Shown one piece after another: positions 10,588-19,335 of a DNA stretch of 64,000 nucleotides. The position numbers and the translations under genes are program-made. The stretch comes from an uncultured delta proteobacterium (GTDB taxonomy: Bacteria; Desulfobacterota; BSN033; UBA1163), in assembly GCA_963708295.1 (NCBI GenBank), contig CAVPSJ010000017.1, forward strand, positions 532,879 to 596,878. Reading direction: 5' to 3'. Position 1 is the stretch's first letter, and each line of letters starts with the position of its first letter. The notes below the pieces were generated by a model. The model had not been told where the DNA came from. It did not search any database and saw only the letters and a program-made list of their open reading frames with translations.

Positions 10588-10770
10588 CTTGAAATTCGAA
10601 GCACGAAATTCGAAATGGTTGAAACTCAAACTTCAAATGACCAAAGCACTAAAATCTAAAACTCAAATGACGAAACGATTTTGAATTTTGGTACTTTGGA
10701 CATTTGAGTTTGTTTAGAGTTTAGGTTTCGAGTACGGACGCTTCGCATCATATTCGGATTTCGAATTTTT
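10588..10770. repeat. Degenerate short-unit inverted repeat (gaaattcgaa/tttcgaattt family)
   Basis: Tandem cgaaat/caaat units followed by their complements; related tracts at about 30725-30850, 31672-31860, 33958-33990 and 55468-55503. Confidence 0.75.
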
Positions 10771-10788
10771 TAAAATTGGAGGACGGAG

Positions 10789-11531
10789 ATGTTACTGAAA
10801 AGATCAAGTGGCCATCGTGACCGGCGGAACGAAAGGGATTGGAAGGGCGATCTGTCTCCTCTTGGCCGAACAAGGGGCAAAGGTCATCGCCAATTTCTCC
10901 AAGGATGGTGATGCGGCAGAAAACCTGAAGAAGGAAGCCAAATCCAGGGGGCTGGACCTCGGTTTGTATAAAGCGGATGTGACCCAATTCGATCAGGTAA
11001 AAGCGATGGTGGAGGAGACCGCGGCTCAATACGGAAAGATTGACATCCTGGTCAACAATGCGGGCCTTGTGAGGGACAACTTTCTCATGCTGATGAGCGA
11101 TGAGGATTGGGAATCTCTTGTCAGAACGAATCTGACGAGCCTTTTCTATTGCTGCAGGATCGTGATTCGAAAGATGATTCCTCAGAGAAAAGGGAAGATC
11201 ATTAATATCTCCTCGATCAGCGGGATAATGGGCACCCCCGGCCAGGTCAATTATGCGGCGACCAAAGGAGGAATGATCAGCTTCACAAAATCCCTTGCCC
11301 GGGAATTGGGGCCTTTCAACATTCATGTGAATGCCGTGGCTCCGGGCTTGATCGAATCGGAAGTGGTTTCCAAAATGCCCAAGGAGAAATTGGAATCGAT
11401 CGTCAAATCGTCGAGCCTCGGGAGGATCGGGAAGCCGGAGGAAGTCGCCCAGGCCGTTCTCTTTCTTGCGTCAGAAGCATTCAAACTACATCACCGGCCA
11501 GACCATTGTCGTGGACGGTGGAATTGTTTAG
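10789..11531 (+). CDS. fabG: 3-oxoacyl-ACP reductase (two single-base frameshifts, probably sequencing errors)
   Basis: TGGTKGIG, NNAG, YAATK. True start MLLK-DQVAIVTGG after a GGAGG RBS needs one indel at ~10800; C-terminus NYITGQTIVVDGGIV* is in another frame after ~11480. Confidence 0.88.
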
Positions 11532-11715
11532 CAGGCTGCTGAAAAACGCCCGTCTTCTTCGTTTCCCTCATCCTTCGTCATTGCGGCGTACGTCCAAGTA
11601 CGCCTCTAGCCGACTCACCAACTCGTCGGCGTGGCTGGAAGTCACTCCTTATTCGTCGTGACGCCACTCTCAGGATTTCGGGAGCCTTGCATCCGGGCAT
11701 TTTTGAGCAGCCTGC
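11531..11715. mobile_element. MITE-like element with terminal inverted repeats
   Basis: gcaggctgctgaaaaacgccc ... gggcatttttgagcagcctgc; relatives at 32139-32308 and (partial) 27563-27704. Confidence 0.75.
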
Positions 11716-11913
11716 GAAAAATGACTTTCTCAGCAACCCGTTAAACACTCACGCTTCTTCCTCCCCTTGATGGGGGAAGGCGGTGCCAAGAGATTGAAAA
11801 ACATAGAGTAGCGTCGGCATTTACTGCCGACGAGCAACTGTCATTTACGACCCCTGCGCGCTATCCTGCCCCATTGCTTACCACGCAGCTGGCCCAAGAG
11901 AATATTCGCTTCC

Positions 11914-12300
11914 TCAGGCGAGCAGAGCACCCCGCTCAGCGAGGAGTTGACGAAGCACGGAACGATGGCAGTGCTGCTCGTCATTGCAATAACATCCGAC
12001 CGAGAAATTCGCATGGTGTGATAATGCAGCGAGCAGATCAAGAACCCGGCTGTTCTCCGGTCGGCTCATTTCCGAACGGTAGCGTTTGATGAAAGCGCGC
12101 CAATCGGCCTCATTCTTAGCCGATTGCGCGGCCTTGACAAGCTGGTCGCTGGGCGCGAGGTTGGGCAGCCACACATCGTAATAATTGCGTGATGCAAACT
12201 CGCTCTTGGGTACGCCTCTGGGCGGGCGCCGAACTGTGCCGATGCGAAGCCCTTCGCCACTCGCGCGGGGACTTCCAAGCTGCACGATACGAACTGCCAT
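11914..12300 (-). CDS. DUF488 family protein (YeaO-like)
   Basis: Start MAVRIVQLG after GGAGG; GLRIGTVRRPPRGVPK, WLPNLAPS, GCYC..E.HCHRSVL. Confidence 0.85.
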   Translation of the reverse strand: MAVRIVQLGSPRASGEGLRIGTVRRPPRGVPKSEFASRNYYDVWLPNLAPSDQLVKAAQSAKNEADWRAFIKRYRSEMSRPENSRVLDLLAALSHHANFSVGCYCNDEQHCHRSVLRQLLAERGALLA

Positions 12301-12364
12301 GGATTCACCTCCCTTGAAGACAACTTCCCATCCGGCATTCCTCCATCCGGAGATAGATCCTGTT

Positions 12365-13711
12365 CTACCATGTCCCTGGCTGGACAAGTGGTCCTTTGGA
12401 GCGAGGCCAACGCGATCGGATTTGTCTTGTCCTGCCGAAATACATTGAAAAATTGAGCCCGAGAGCCGTAAGCCAATTCGTCCGCGGTGCCCGGAACATT
12501 CTACGGAAAACCGAGCGCGGTGCCGCACAGTATTTCTTGGCCCAGAGGAATCCCTCCTCCAATTCTTCGGGCGACATATGGGCCGGTCTGAAGAGGACGT
12601 GGGAACCGTCGAAAAGCCGCCAGTTGGAAGACTCGGGCAAAAGTCTCCCCTCCTTGCTCAATCTTGCTCTCACGCGGGTCGCCGGATAGGGGGTGAGGAT
12701 GCCGAATACAGGGACCTGAATGCCGGCCGTTTGGACAAAGTCCACGGTCTTCCGGAAGATATCTTTTCGGTCGTTTTCATGGCCGAAGATAAAGGCACCC
12801 TCAACGATGATCCCGTGGTCGTGGAAGATCTTGATATACTCCTTCATCCGATCCGTTCGGACCCACGATTTGTGCGAGGCGTCCAGATTCTCTTGGGAGA
12901 TGGATTCAAAACCGATGAAGAGATCGATGCAACCGGATTTTGCGGCGAGGTCGACCAACTCACGATCTCTTGTGAAGGCGACGGAAGCAAAACTTCCCCA
13001 TTTTATTTTAAGCGGGATCAGGGCCCGAAAGATTTCCTTCGCATAATGGGGATTGCCGCCGATATTATCATCCACGAAGAAGACCGTTCTGGATGAGGCC
13101 TGCTCAAGGGAAGTTCGTAGGTCACGGATGACATCCTCCACAGGCCTCAAACGGTATTGGTGTCCAAAGAAGGGAGTGACGGAACAGAAATCGCAGTCAT
13201 GGGGACAGCCGCGCGTGGCCTGGATGGAGTGGAGGAAACGGCGGTGTTTGGGATGAAGCAGGTCAAATCGCGGGTGGGGCACTTTTGTAATATCCGGAAG
13301 CTCCTCACTCTTATAGATCCCCTTCATCCTGCCGTTTTCGAGGTCCGAAAGAACATGATCGAACACCCCTTCTGCTTCACCCACGACGACGGCATCGCCG
13401 TGCTGAAGCGATTCTTCCGGAAGGGCCGAAGGATGCATGCCTCCCATCAAGACGGGGATGCCTTTATTGCGAAAGTGATCTGCCAGTTCATAAGCACGAG
13501 ATGCATTGAGGGTAAGCGTCGAGATGCCTACGAGATCGGCCTTCCGGTCGAGGTCGATCTCCTCGATGGCTTCGTCGGCGACCTGGACTTCCCAACTCTC
13601 GGGGAAAAGGGCAGCCACCGTAATCACCCCTAAGACCGGAAAGACCGAGACAGGCTGTTCGGCCACCACCAGGGATTTTTCTGTTGAAAGGATCAGGAGG
13701 GCTTTTGGCAC
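12365..13711 (-). CDS. B12-binding domain radical SAM protein (paralogue of 7824-9191)
   Basis: LMGGMHPS, QATRGCPHDCDFC, FVDDN, LFIGFES; C-terminal EGFLWAKKYCAAPRS matches EGYLWAQKYICAPRS. Confidence 0.92.
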   Translation of the reverse strand: MPKALLILSTEKSLVVAEQPVSVFPVLGVITVAALFPESWEVQVADEAIEEIDLDRKADLVGISTLTLNASRAYELADHFRNKGIPVLMGGMHPSALPEESLQHGDAVVVGEAEGVFDHVLSDLENGRMKGIYKSEELPDITKVPHPRFDLLHPKHRRFLHSIQATRGCPHDCDFCSVTPFFGHQYRLRPVEDVIRDLRTSLEQASSRTVFFVDDNIGGNPHYAKEIFRALIPLKIKWGSFASVAFTRDRELVDLAAKSGCIDLFIGFESISQENLDASHKSWVRTDRMKEYIKIFHDHGIIVEGAFIFGHENDRKDIFRKTVDFVQTAGIQVPVFGILTPYPATRVRARLSKEGRLLPESSNWRLFDGSHVLFRPAHMSPEELEEGFLWAKKYCAAPRSVFRRMFRAPRTNWLTALGLNFSMYFGRTRQIRSRWPRSKGPLVQPGTW

Positions 13712-13781
13712 GGAGGAATTATACGGTAGTTCGACTGAAAAAACCAGGTGGGTATTTCAAATTCATTTGTCGGCTGGTTTA

Positions 13782-14114
13782 TCATTTTGAACGAATCAGT
13801 CTTTCTAAGAGAATATCTTCAATATTTCCTCTCGAATCCAGCACAGATAGAACGTAAACGGTTTTCCCTGATATCCTGTAGATCATTCTCCATGGCGGAA
13901 CGATTAATTCGCGGTAGAGAACAATCCCCTGATCTTTAAGCTCAGGGACGGTCCGACCCCTTTCAGGAAAGGTATAAAGTCTTGAGGCCTTTTGCTTAAT
14001 TTCCTTGAATATTTCAAAGGCATTGGAGGGATTGTCCGCGGCAATATATTCAACAATTCCTGTGAGGTCTTTCTCCGACGTCTCTGACCCAATCACGTCG
14101 TATACTTTCTTCAT
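13782..14114 (-). CDS. Type II toxin, RelE/ParE family
   Basis: DL..I.EYIAADNP, FPERGRTVPEL, YRELIVPPWRMIYRI; overlaps the antitoxin stop. Confidence 0.88.
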   Translation of the reverse strand: MKKVYDVIGSETSEKDLTGIVEYIAADNPSNAFEIFKEIKQKASRLYTFPERGRTVPELKDQGIVLYRELIVPPWRMIYRISGKTVYVLSVLDSRGNIEDILLERLIRSK

Positions 14115-14392
14115 TTCATTTTTTCTTTCAGGATATTCTCGATCGTTGCAAATACTTCTTTCTGTGATCTTGACTTCCCGTCCTTGATATCCTCTTCTCC
14201 CAGGGAAATCAGTTTCAATAGACCCATGGCATTTCGCATGTTCTCATAACTTTCAGGGTCCTGCAGTACCGCTCTGGGCTCCCCATTCTGGGTAATGACC
14301 ACGGGTCGATGGGTCTCGTTAATTTGCTTGAGGAGGTCAGCCGCTCTTGCCTTGAGGTAAGTCACCGGCTTGATGTCCCTTGAAATGTTCAT
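14111..14392 (-). CDS. Type II antitoxin, Phd/YefM family
   Basis: DIKPVTYLK...RPVVITQNGEPRAVL; GGAGG RBS. Confidence 0.9.
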   Translation of the reverse strand: MNISRDIKPVTYLKARAADLLKQINETHRPVVITQNGEPRAVLQDPESYENMRNAMGLLKLISLGEEDIKDGKSRSQKEVFATIENILKEKMK

Positions 14393-14407
14393 GTTGCCAC
14401 CTCCAGT

Positions 14408-14441
14408 CTTTATATCATTCCATATTCAGACCGGTTGTCAA
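14408..14441 (-). promoter_or_regulatory. Putative TA promoter/operator
   Basis: Minus strand TTGACA at 14441-14436 and TGaTATAAA downstream; spacing is non-canonical. Confidence 0.3.
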
Positions 14442-14445
14442 TCTC

Positions 14446-15327
14446 TCAGCCACCCTGGCTTGTTGCTCCGCCGGAAACCTGGGCGTTGATCAGGTGTGAT
14501 AAGCTTCCAACTCGGAGCCCGTCTTTGCGATCCTTGAAGTATCTTGCGTTGATCTCTTCGGGCCCTAAGTCAACAACATATCCAAAGCCCATGGCTCGCA
14601 GCTCACTCGCCAGCGACCCCGGGTCGAAGAATGCTTTCCACGGCTCCCCGGCCGACTCTACCCGTCGGGCAAGGGTATCGAACCGGTCCCGCTGGACAGG
14701 AGTCAACAACGATGGCGAGATCATATAGTCGAAGACGATCCCGCTTCCCTTCGACGCCGACGCGATGAAACGCAAGGTTGTCATCACTGCCTCGGTTGTT
14801 AAGTATTCCGTCACGCCGAGCCACGAAAAGAACGTGCCCTTGCCTGGATCGTAGCCTGCGCCCCGCAGCCCGTCTGCGAGTGTCCGGGTCTCAAAATCAA
14901 CGGGGGCGAACGTGAGATCACCGGGGGGTGTCATGCCCATTTCATCGAGGCGCGCCCGCTTCCAGGTCTGTGTCGCAGGTTGGTCAACTTCGAACACGTG
15001 CAGAGTGCCTTGAGGATAGGGGTTCCGGTAGGCAAACGTATCAAGCCCTGCGCCCAGAATGACGTATTGGCATACGGCACCTCGAACGCCAAGAGCAAGT
15101 TCGCCCTCGGCGTATCGGCTGCGTGCGGCCACGAAAGCCCGCAGGTAGGGTGCCAGGGGCGTCGTCTCGTATTGATGTGGATCGGCTTGCAAAGCCGAAG
15201 CGCTCTCTTTGCCGATGATGCGAAGTGCGACAGGGTCATCGAAAACCTTCGGATCATCCAGGAGTTGATGGGTTGCACGTTGAATTGCAACGCGCTGCGC
15301 CGTTACACTCGCTCGGTTTTCTTTCAT
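14446..15327 (-). CDS. SAM-dependent methyltransferase (LCM/TIGR00027-like)
   Basis: QYVILGAGLDTFAYR, VFEVDQP.TQ.WKR, SWLGVT.YL. Confidence 0.88.
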   Translation of the reverse strand: MKENRASVTAQRVAIQRATHQLLDDPKVFDDPVALRIIGKESASALQADPHQYETTPLAPYLRAFVAARSRYAEGELALGVRGAVCQYVILGAGLDTFAYRNPYPQGTLHVFEVDQPATQTWKRARLDEMGMTPPGDLTFAPVDFETRTLADGLRGAGYDPGKGTFFSWLGVTEYLTTEAVMTTLRFIASASKGSGIVFDYMISPSLLTPVQRDRFDTLARRVESAGEPWKAFFDPGSLASELRAMGFGYVVDLGPEEINARYFKDRKDGLRVGSLSHLINAQVSGGATSQGG

Positions 15328-15361
15328 GGCCTCTTGCTTTTCTTCATTTTCCGAACTCTGC

Positions 15362-15682
15362 TCAATTTGACATTAAAGCGATACCTGCGACAATGACAAA
15401 GGCGCCAACCATGTTCATCGCACTTATTTTTTCACCGAAAATAAGATGGGACAAAATTACCATGAAAAATATACATCCTCCGGAAAATACGGGATAGGCA
15501 ATGCTCAAGCTTATATTTTTAAGTGCCTTGGTGAAGAACCATATATTAATACCGCCGAGGATCAAGCCTGACGCGAATAGTATAAACCAGAGAATATTGC
15601 TTTGCTTGTTTGCAATGCTTTTATACAGGAGATAAGACGCAACATTAAAAGCCACCGATAAAAACAAATTAACATGTCTCAT
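15362..15682 (-). CDS. SMR/EamA-type small membrane transporter
   Basis: 106 aa, 4 TM; ALKNISLSIAYPVFSG, FGEKIS. Confidence 0.8.
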   Translation of the reverse strand: MRHVNLFLSVAFNVASYLLYKSIANKQSNILWFILFASGLILGGINIWFFTKALKNISLSIAYPVFSGGCIFFMVILSHLIFGEKISAMNMVGAFVIVAGIALMSN

Positions 15683-15744
15683 ATGTTATCTCCTATTATC
15701 TGAGGCTCCCAATAACAAAGGGGACATCCTATATTGTCCCCTAT

Positions 15745-15822
15745 TTTCCCTCTGCCCGGCATGATAAATTTTGCGAGCAAACCTACGATTAACCCCATGA
15801 TGATCCAGGATGGAATCCCCAT
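15745..15822 (-). pseudogene. Truncated GlsB/YeaQ/YmgE (transglycosylase-associated) gene
   Basis: GGAGG RBS then MGIPSWIIMGLIVGLLAKFIMPGRG; homology is lost at a ggggaca..tgtccc palindrome. Confidence 0.65.
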
Positions 15823-16234
15823 GGCTAACCTCCTTTGCGAAGTTCGCGTTCAATTTCTTGGTCTCACCACTAATAGACGGAGGGCCTGTTTATTCCGATT
15901 TTTTACCCTTACCGTATCATAATCCGAATACGCGTTCAATCGTAATCATTCGTGGATAGAGGGAAGATATCTTCGCTTGTCCGCACTTATGGGATAAGAA
16001 ATATTCTGAGTTTTCCAAAAAGCCCGCTTGGCGAACTCTATGTGAAAAACCGCTTTAAGAAACTCTCCGGTCCATTCGGTGACCGAGCCCTACCTCTTTA
16101 ACGCATTACCTGTAGGGTTTGTTTTTCGGGTGATTAGAAAAAGGAATCTGAACGAATAGCTATTGCAGGAATCGGGGTGTTTTGCTCTACCGGGGAAATT
16201 GGACTGGAGACTCGAAACAGCTTGGGCCGAAACC

Positions 16235-17446
16235 CTAAGATGATTCAATATACACTTCGACACGATTCCGGCCCTTTTCCTTCGCAAGATACAAAGCTTT
16301 GTCGGACTGCCTGATCAACTCCTCATAAGAAATGGAGAGATTGTTGTCTGCGGTTGCGACACCGAGGCTTATGCTAACCATTCCCGCGGGTGATGATTTC
16401 TCATGGGGTATCTCCAAATTATTGACCGCCGTGCGTATTTCTTCTGCAATATACATGGCACCCTCTTGTGTTGTATCAGGCAAAACAATAATGAATTCTT
16501 CTCCGCCATATCTCGCGCAAAAATCACTCGGGCGTTTTAATGTTTTCTGTATAGCCAGCGCCACTTTCTTAAGGCATTCATCCCCACGCTCATGACCATA
16601 AGTATCATTATAAGATTTGAAATGGTCAATATCGATCATGATGACCGATAAGGAATATTTATTTCTTCGGCTGCGATTGAATTCCGTTCGTGCACGATCT
16701 AAGAAATTGCGTCGGTTGGGAATGCCGGTTAAATCATCAGTGACCGCTTGATTTCTTATCAGTTCATAAGCTTGGTTAAGTTTTGCTCCAAAAAGAGCTA
16801 TTCCCACCAGCCCTGCTAAGCCAATGACGATGTGGCCGATGAGCAAAGCAATGAGCGGTGTTTGGGGGACGAACGGCAGAGTGACACTGATACCCCCTCT
16901 GATATCCCCTTCTTTATATCCGTGTTCAGCATGGCAGGGCAAACATTCCTTTTCCGTTTTCAGCGGAGCCATATAGAAGAAAGTTTTGTTTGATTCGTCA
17001 TCAACGATCTGGCCAATTTCTTGTATGCCTTTTTCAAAGGCCCTTAAAGCTATTTCCTCGCGCGGCGTGGGTCTATTCTCAGGACGAACAGGTTTGAGGC
17101 TGGTTAAGTGGAATTGTATCCCTTCCCGGTTGGCTGCCAGCTCAGCAATTTGCCTGGTCATGAAAGAAGGATTGACCTTTGTCAGTTTCAACTCCTCATT
17201 GACTTCGATATCCCTCAAAGGGTCATTGAGATATGGATTGGGCTGTGTGTCTTTGGTCACAGGAACATATACCCCGCCATGCATCGCATTCCATGATCGA
17301 GATATTAAAACCTGATTGAAGAAACTCCTTGCTGTTTGAAATGCAAGCGCCTCTTGGCCTTTATTGGCGTTGAGATAATTCCACACAAAGGATGTCCCTA
17401 CTAAGATAATCCAGATCGAGCTGACGATGAATATGGTTCTTTTCAC
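16235..17446 (-). CDS. Diguanylate cyclase with periplasmic haem-c (DUF3365/Tll0287-like) sensor
   Basis: Two TM segments flank a domain with NP..MTR, CLPCH and GDIRGGISV; D.LTG.PNRR, IDIDHFK, RPSD I-site, GGEEF. Confidence 0.92.
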   Translation of the reverse strand: MKRTIFIVSSIWIILVGTSFVWNYLNANKGQEALAFQTARSFFNQVLISRSWNAMHGGVYVPVTKDTQPNPYLNDPLRDIEVNEELKLTKVNPSFMTRQIAELAANREGIQFHLTSLKPVRPENRPTPREEIALRAFEKGIQEIGQIVDDESNKTFFYMAPLKTEKECLPCHAEHGYKEGDIRGGISVTLPFVPQTPLIALLIGHIVIGLAGLVGIALFGAKLNQAYELIRNQAVTDDLTGIPNRRNFLDRARTEFNRSRRNKYSLSVIMIDIDHFKSYNDTYGHERGDECLKKVALAIQKTLKRPSDFCARYGGEEFIIVLPDTTQEGAMYIAEEIRTAVNNLEIPHEKSSPAGMVSISLGVATADNNLSISYEELIRQSDKALYLAKEKGRNRVEVYIESS

Positions 17447-17489
17447 GGGATATCCCTACTAATGATTCATGACTCCAGATAATCGAGTT

Positions 17490-17513
17490 GTCCGCCAGAT
17501 TGATTTGTTATGC
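17490..17513 (-). other. Truncated attC (left arm only)
   Basis: Minus strand GCATAACAAATCAATCTGGCGGAC overlaps the stop of 17508-18011; no matching R' arm. Confidence 0.45.
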
Positions 17514-18011
17514 CGCTTTTTTCTGTTGTTCCGTCAGAACATTGGATGCAATATTTCGCCTGACGATGTTCCGCAATTGTTCTGAAGGTCTCATTTCATC
17601 CGGGCTTCTCATTGCATTGACGATATTTCGGACCACCTGCACCGGCGTTACAAGAAGACCCCAAGGAAATCCCCACCAACCGAATAGAAAAGAGAATATC
17701 GCATCCCCAATTTGGCTCTTCCTTCCACAGGACCGGCAGCAAATATGGGGTCTGCTGCTCCAGGACGTGTACACGAGTAAAGAGTAAACGCGATAGGACG
17801 TGTGTACGTCAATAGGGCCATTTCCCTGGCACTTAGGGCACAATCCTCGGTGAATTTCACCCGCATGTTTATCCACGATGTCTTGCGGTATCTTTTTGGA
17901 TATCGTTAGTGCGTAGCCTTTTTGGTGGCATTTCGCATTGCAAAACCGCAAGTCGCTATCGCGGACACCGCCAAACAGGATGGAACTTCCACAGTAAGCA
18001 CATGTTGCCAT
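17508..18011 (-). CDS. Cys-rich hypothetical membrane protein (cassette-like)
   Basis: CAYC, FC...C, CPKC, CCRSC; LFGWWGFPWG TM hairpin; AAGGAGG RBS. Confidence 0.8.
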   Translation of the reverse strand: MATCAYCGSSILFGGVRDSDLRFCNAKCHQKGYALTISKKIPQDIVDKHAGEIHRGLCPKCQGNGPIDVHTSYRVYSLLVYTSWSSRPHICCRSCGRKSQIGDAIFSFLFGWWGFPWGLLVTPVQVVRNIVNAMRSPDEMRPSEQLRNIVRRNIASNVLTEQQKKAA

Positions 18012-18130
18012 AACAGCCTCCTTTTTTTGGTTGCCTCAGAATCTCTATTCTTGCCCCATAGCCAAATAACCCCGTTAGAATTTTCCTGTGATCTCTAATT
18101 TTGGTGCGTCGCTCCTTATCTTTGTCGTAG

Positions 18131-18194
18131 CCCAAACGCTGCGCGTCACCTGGAGAGTGCAGTTTCGGTGATCCGGTGTATGCGCCGGTTATGT
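18131..18194 (-). other. Integron attC recombination site
   Basis: Minus strand ACATAAC-cggcgcatacaccgga...tccaggtgacgcgcagc-GTTTGGG; 64-bp imperfect palindrome directly after a stop codon. Confidence 0.72.
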
Positions 18195-18515
18195 TTAGTT
18201 TGCGACTCTGCAAGCGACTTGTATGTTTAGCACCCGAGGTGTGCTTTTGAATGATGACGCTACCGCATCTTTCGCAGCGCCCTCTAACTCGGACACCTTC
18301 TTGTCTCGAACTTCTTCTGCATCAAAGGCTACTGTGACTTGCGTTAATACCCCGTTATTTATGTTCCAGCCAACTTGGGACTGAAGTCCGTATTTTTCTT
18401 TAATCGCTTTTTGGACCAATTCCTGTTTCTCAAACATGCCTGTCATATCGCTTACTGCATTACAGCCAATCAATAGGAGAGATACCGAAAGTATTAGAGT
18501 TGTTATCAATCGCAT
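18195..18515 (-). CDS. Hypothetical lipoprotein (gene cassette)
   Basis: Start MRLITTLILSVSLLLIGC (lipobox) right after the GTTAAGGAGG of the upstream attC. Confidence 0.8.
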   Translation of the reverse strand: MRLITTLILSVSLLLIGCNAVSDMTGMFEKQELVQKAIKEKYGLQSQVGWNINNGVLTQVTVAFDAEEVRDKKVSELEGAAKDAVASSFKSTPRVLNIQVACRVAN

Positions 18516-18523
18516 CGTTTCCT

Positions 18524-18611
18524 CCTTAACAAAATAAATAACCCGCGCAGGCAACCAACCTGTGAAAACCCGCCGACGCTATTCTGCGTCGGGTTGATTT
18601 ACTGGTTAGAT
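18524..18611 (-). other. Integron attC recombination site
   Basis: Minus strand ATCTAAC-cagtaaatcaacccg...cgggttatttatttt-GTTAAGG; 88 bp; R'' contains the TAA of the upstream ORF. Confidence 0.82.
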
Positions 18612-18872
18612 GGGGTCGTGTATTTTCCTGTTCTTGTTCTTCGTCTTTTTGCGTATTCTATACAGGGCAAGGCAGCTCAACCCCAGGAAGAGTGATATTC
18701 CAAATACAGCGGCGCGCATATGAAATCTTTGATTCCAGTATTCGACCCCTCCAGGCAAACGGGCAATCCGCCAGAGATAGTAGAAGACGATCTCAAATAG
18801 GGAGACGATGCACACCGCACCCGCCGCGAGGTTAAGCGTAGAGAGAAGTTTGTCAAATCTCTTTTTCTTCAT
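18606..18872 (-). CDS. Small two-TM hypothetical protein (gene cassette)
   Basis: 88 aa with two hydrophobic segments; stop lies inside the attC R'' box. Confidence 0.65.
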   Translation of the reverse strand: MKKKRFDKLLSTLNLAAGAVCIVSLFEIVFYYLWRIARLPGGVEYWNQRFHMRAAVFGISLFLGLSCLALYRIRKKTKNKNRKIHDPI

Positions 18873-19280
18873 CTAAGAATTTAATAGACGAAATTCCGAT
18901 TTGTTTAAAAACGTCTCTTCTAGGTCTACTTTTTTGGCCGCTCGATACCCTTTCCGTACATGAAATTGTGCAGAATTGTTAATTCTATTTCGTGTTTTGC
19001 CTGTAATAGCACAAAATACGAACTTCGTATAACATCGGAGTTTTGGCAAAGCTGGGGGTCCTCACTGAAAAATAGGACATTCCCTGAGTTTTAAGACCTT
19101 CTGGGTTCATGGTGTGTTTTTAGTGCAAGAAATGTGCCCTTTTGTGCTTACAGGGAGGTTCGCAAGCGGACCGCGGGAGATTTGTTCGCTGGTTTAATAA
19201 ATGGAGGTCGGCAGTAAAAGTGTGATGTTCAGAAAAATACTTATTCTCTGCGTCGGCGAAGCATTCCCTGAATTTGGGGA

Positions 19281-19318
19281 AAATAAAAAGGGCGGGGAGA
19301 CCCGCCCTTCGTTTTTTC
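19281..19318. terminator. Rho-independent terminator, likely bidirectional
   Basis: aagggcggg-gaga-cccgccctt flanked by A and T runs, just downstream of 19336-20895. Confidence 0.75.
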
Positions 19319-19335
19319 ATTATTCGATTCCGGGC

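Noticed and set aside
12301-12528. N-terminal extension of the 204-aa ORF 11914-12528
   Set aside because: It overlaps the radical SAM gene; the real start is the ATG at 12300 after GGAGG.
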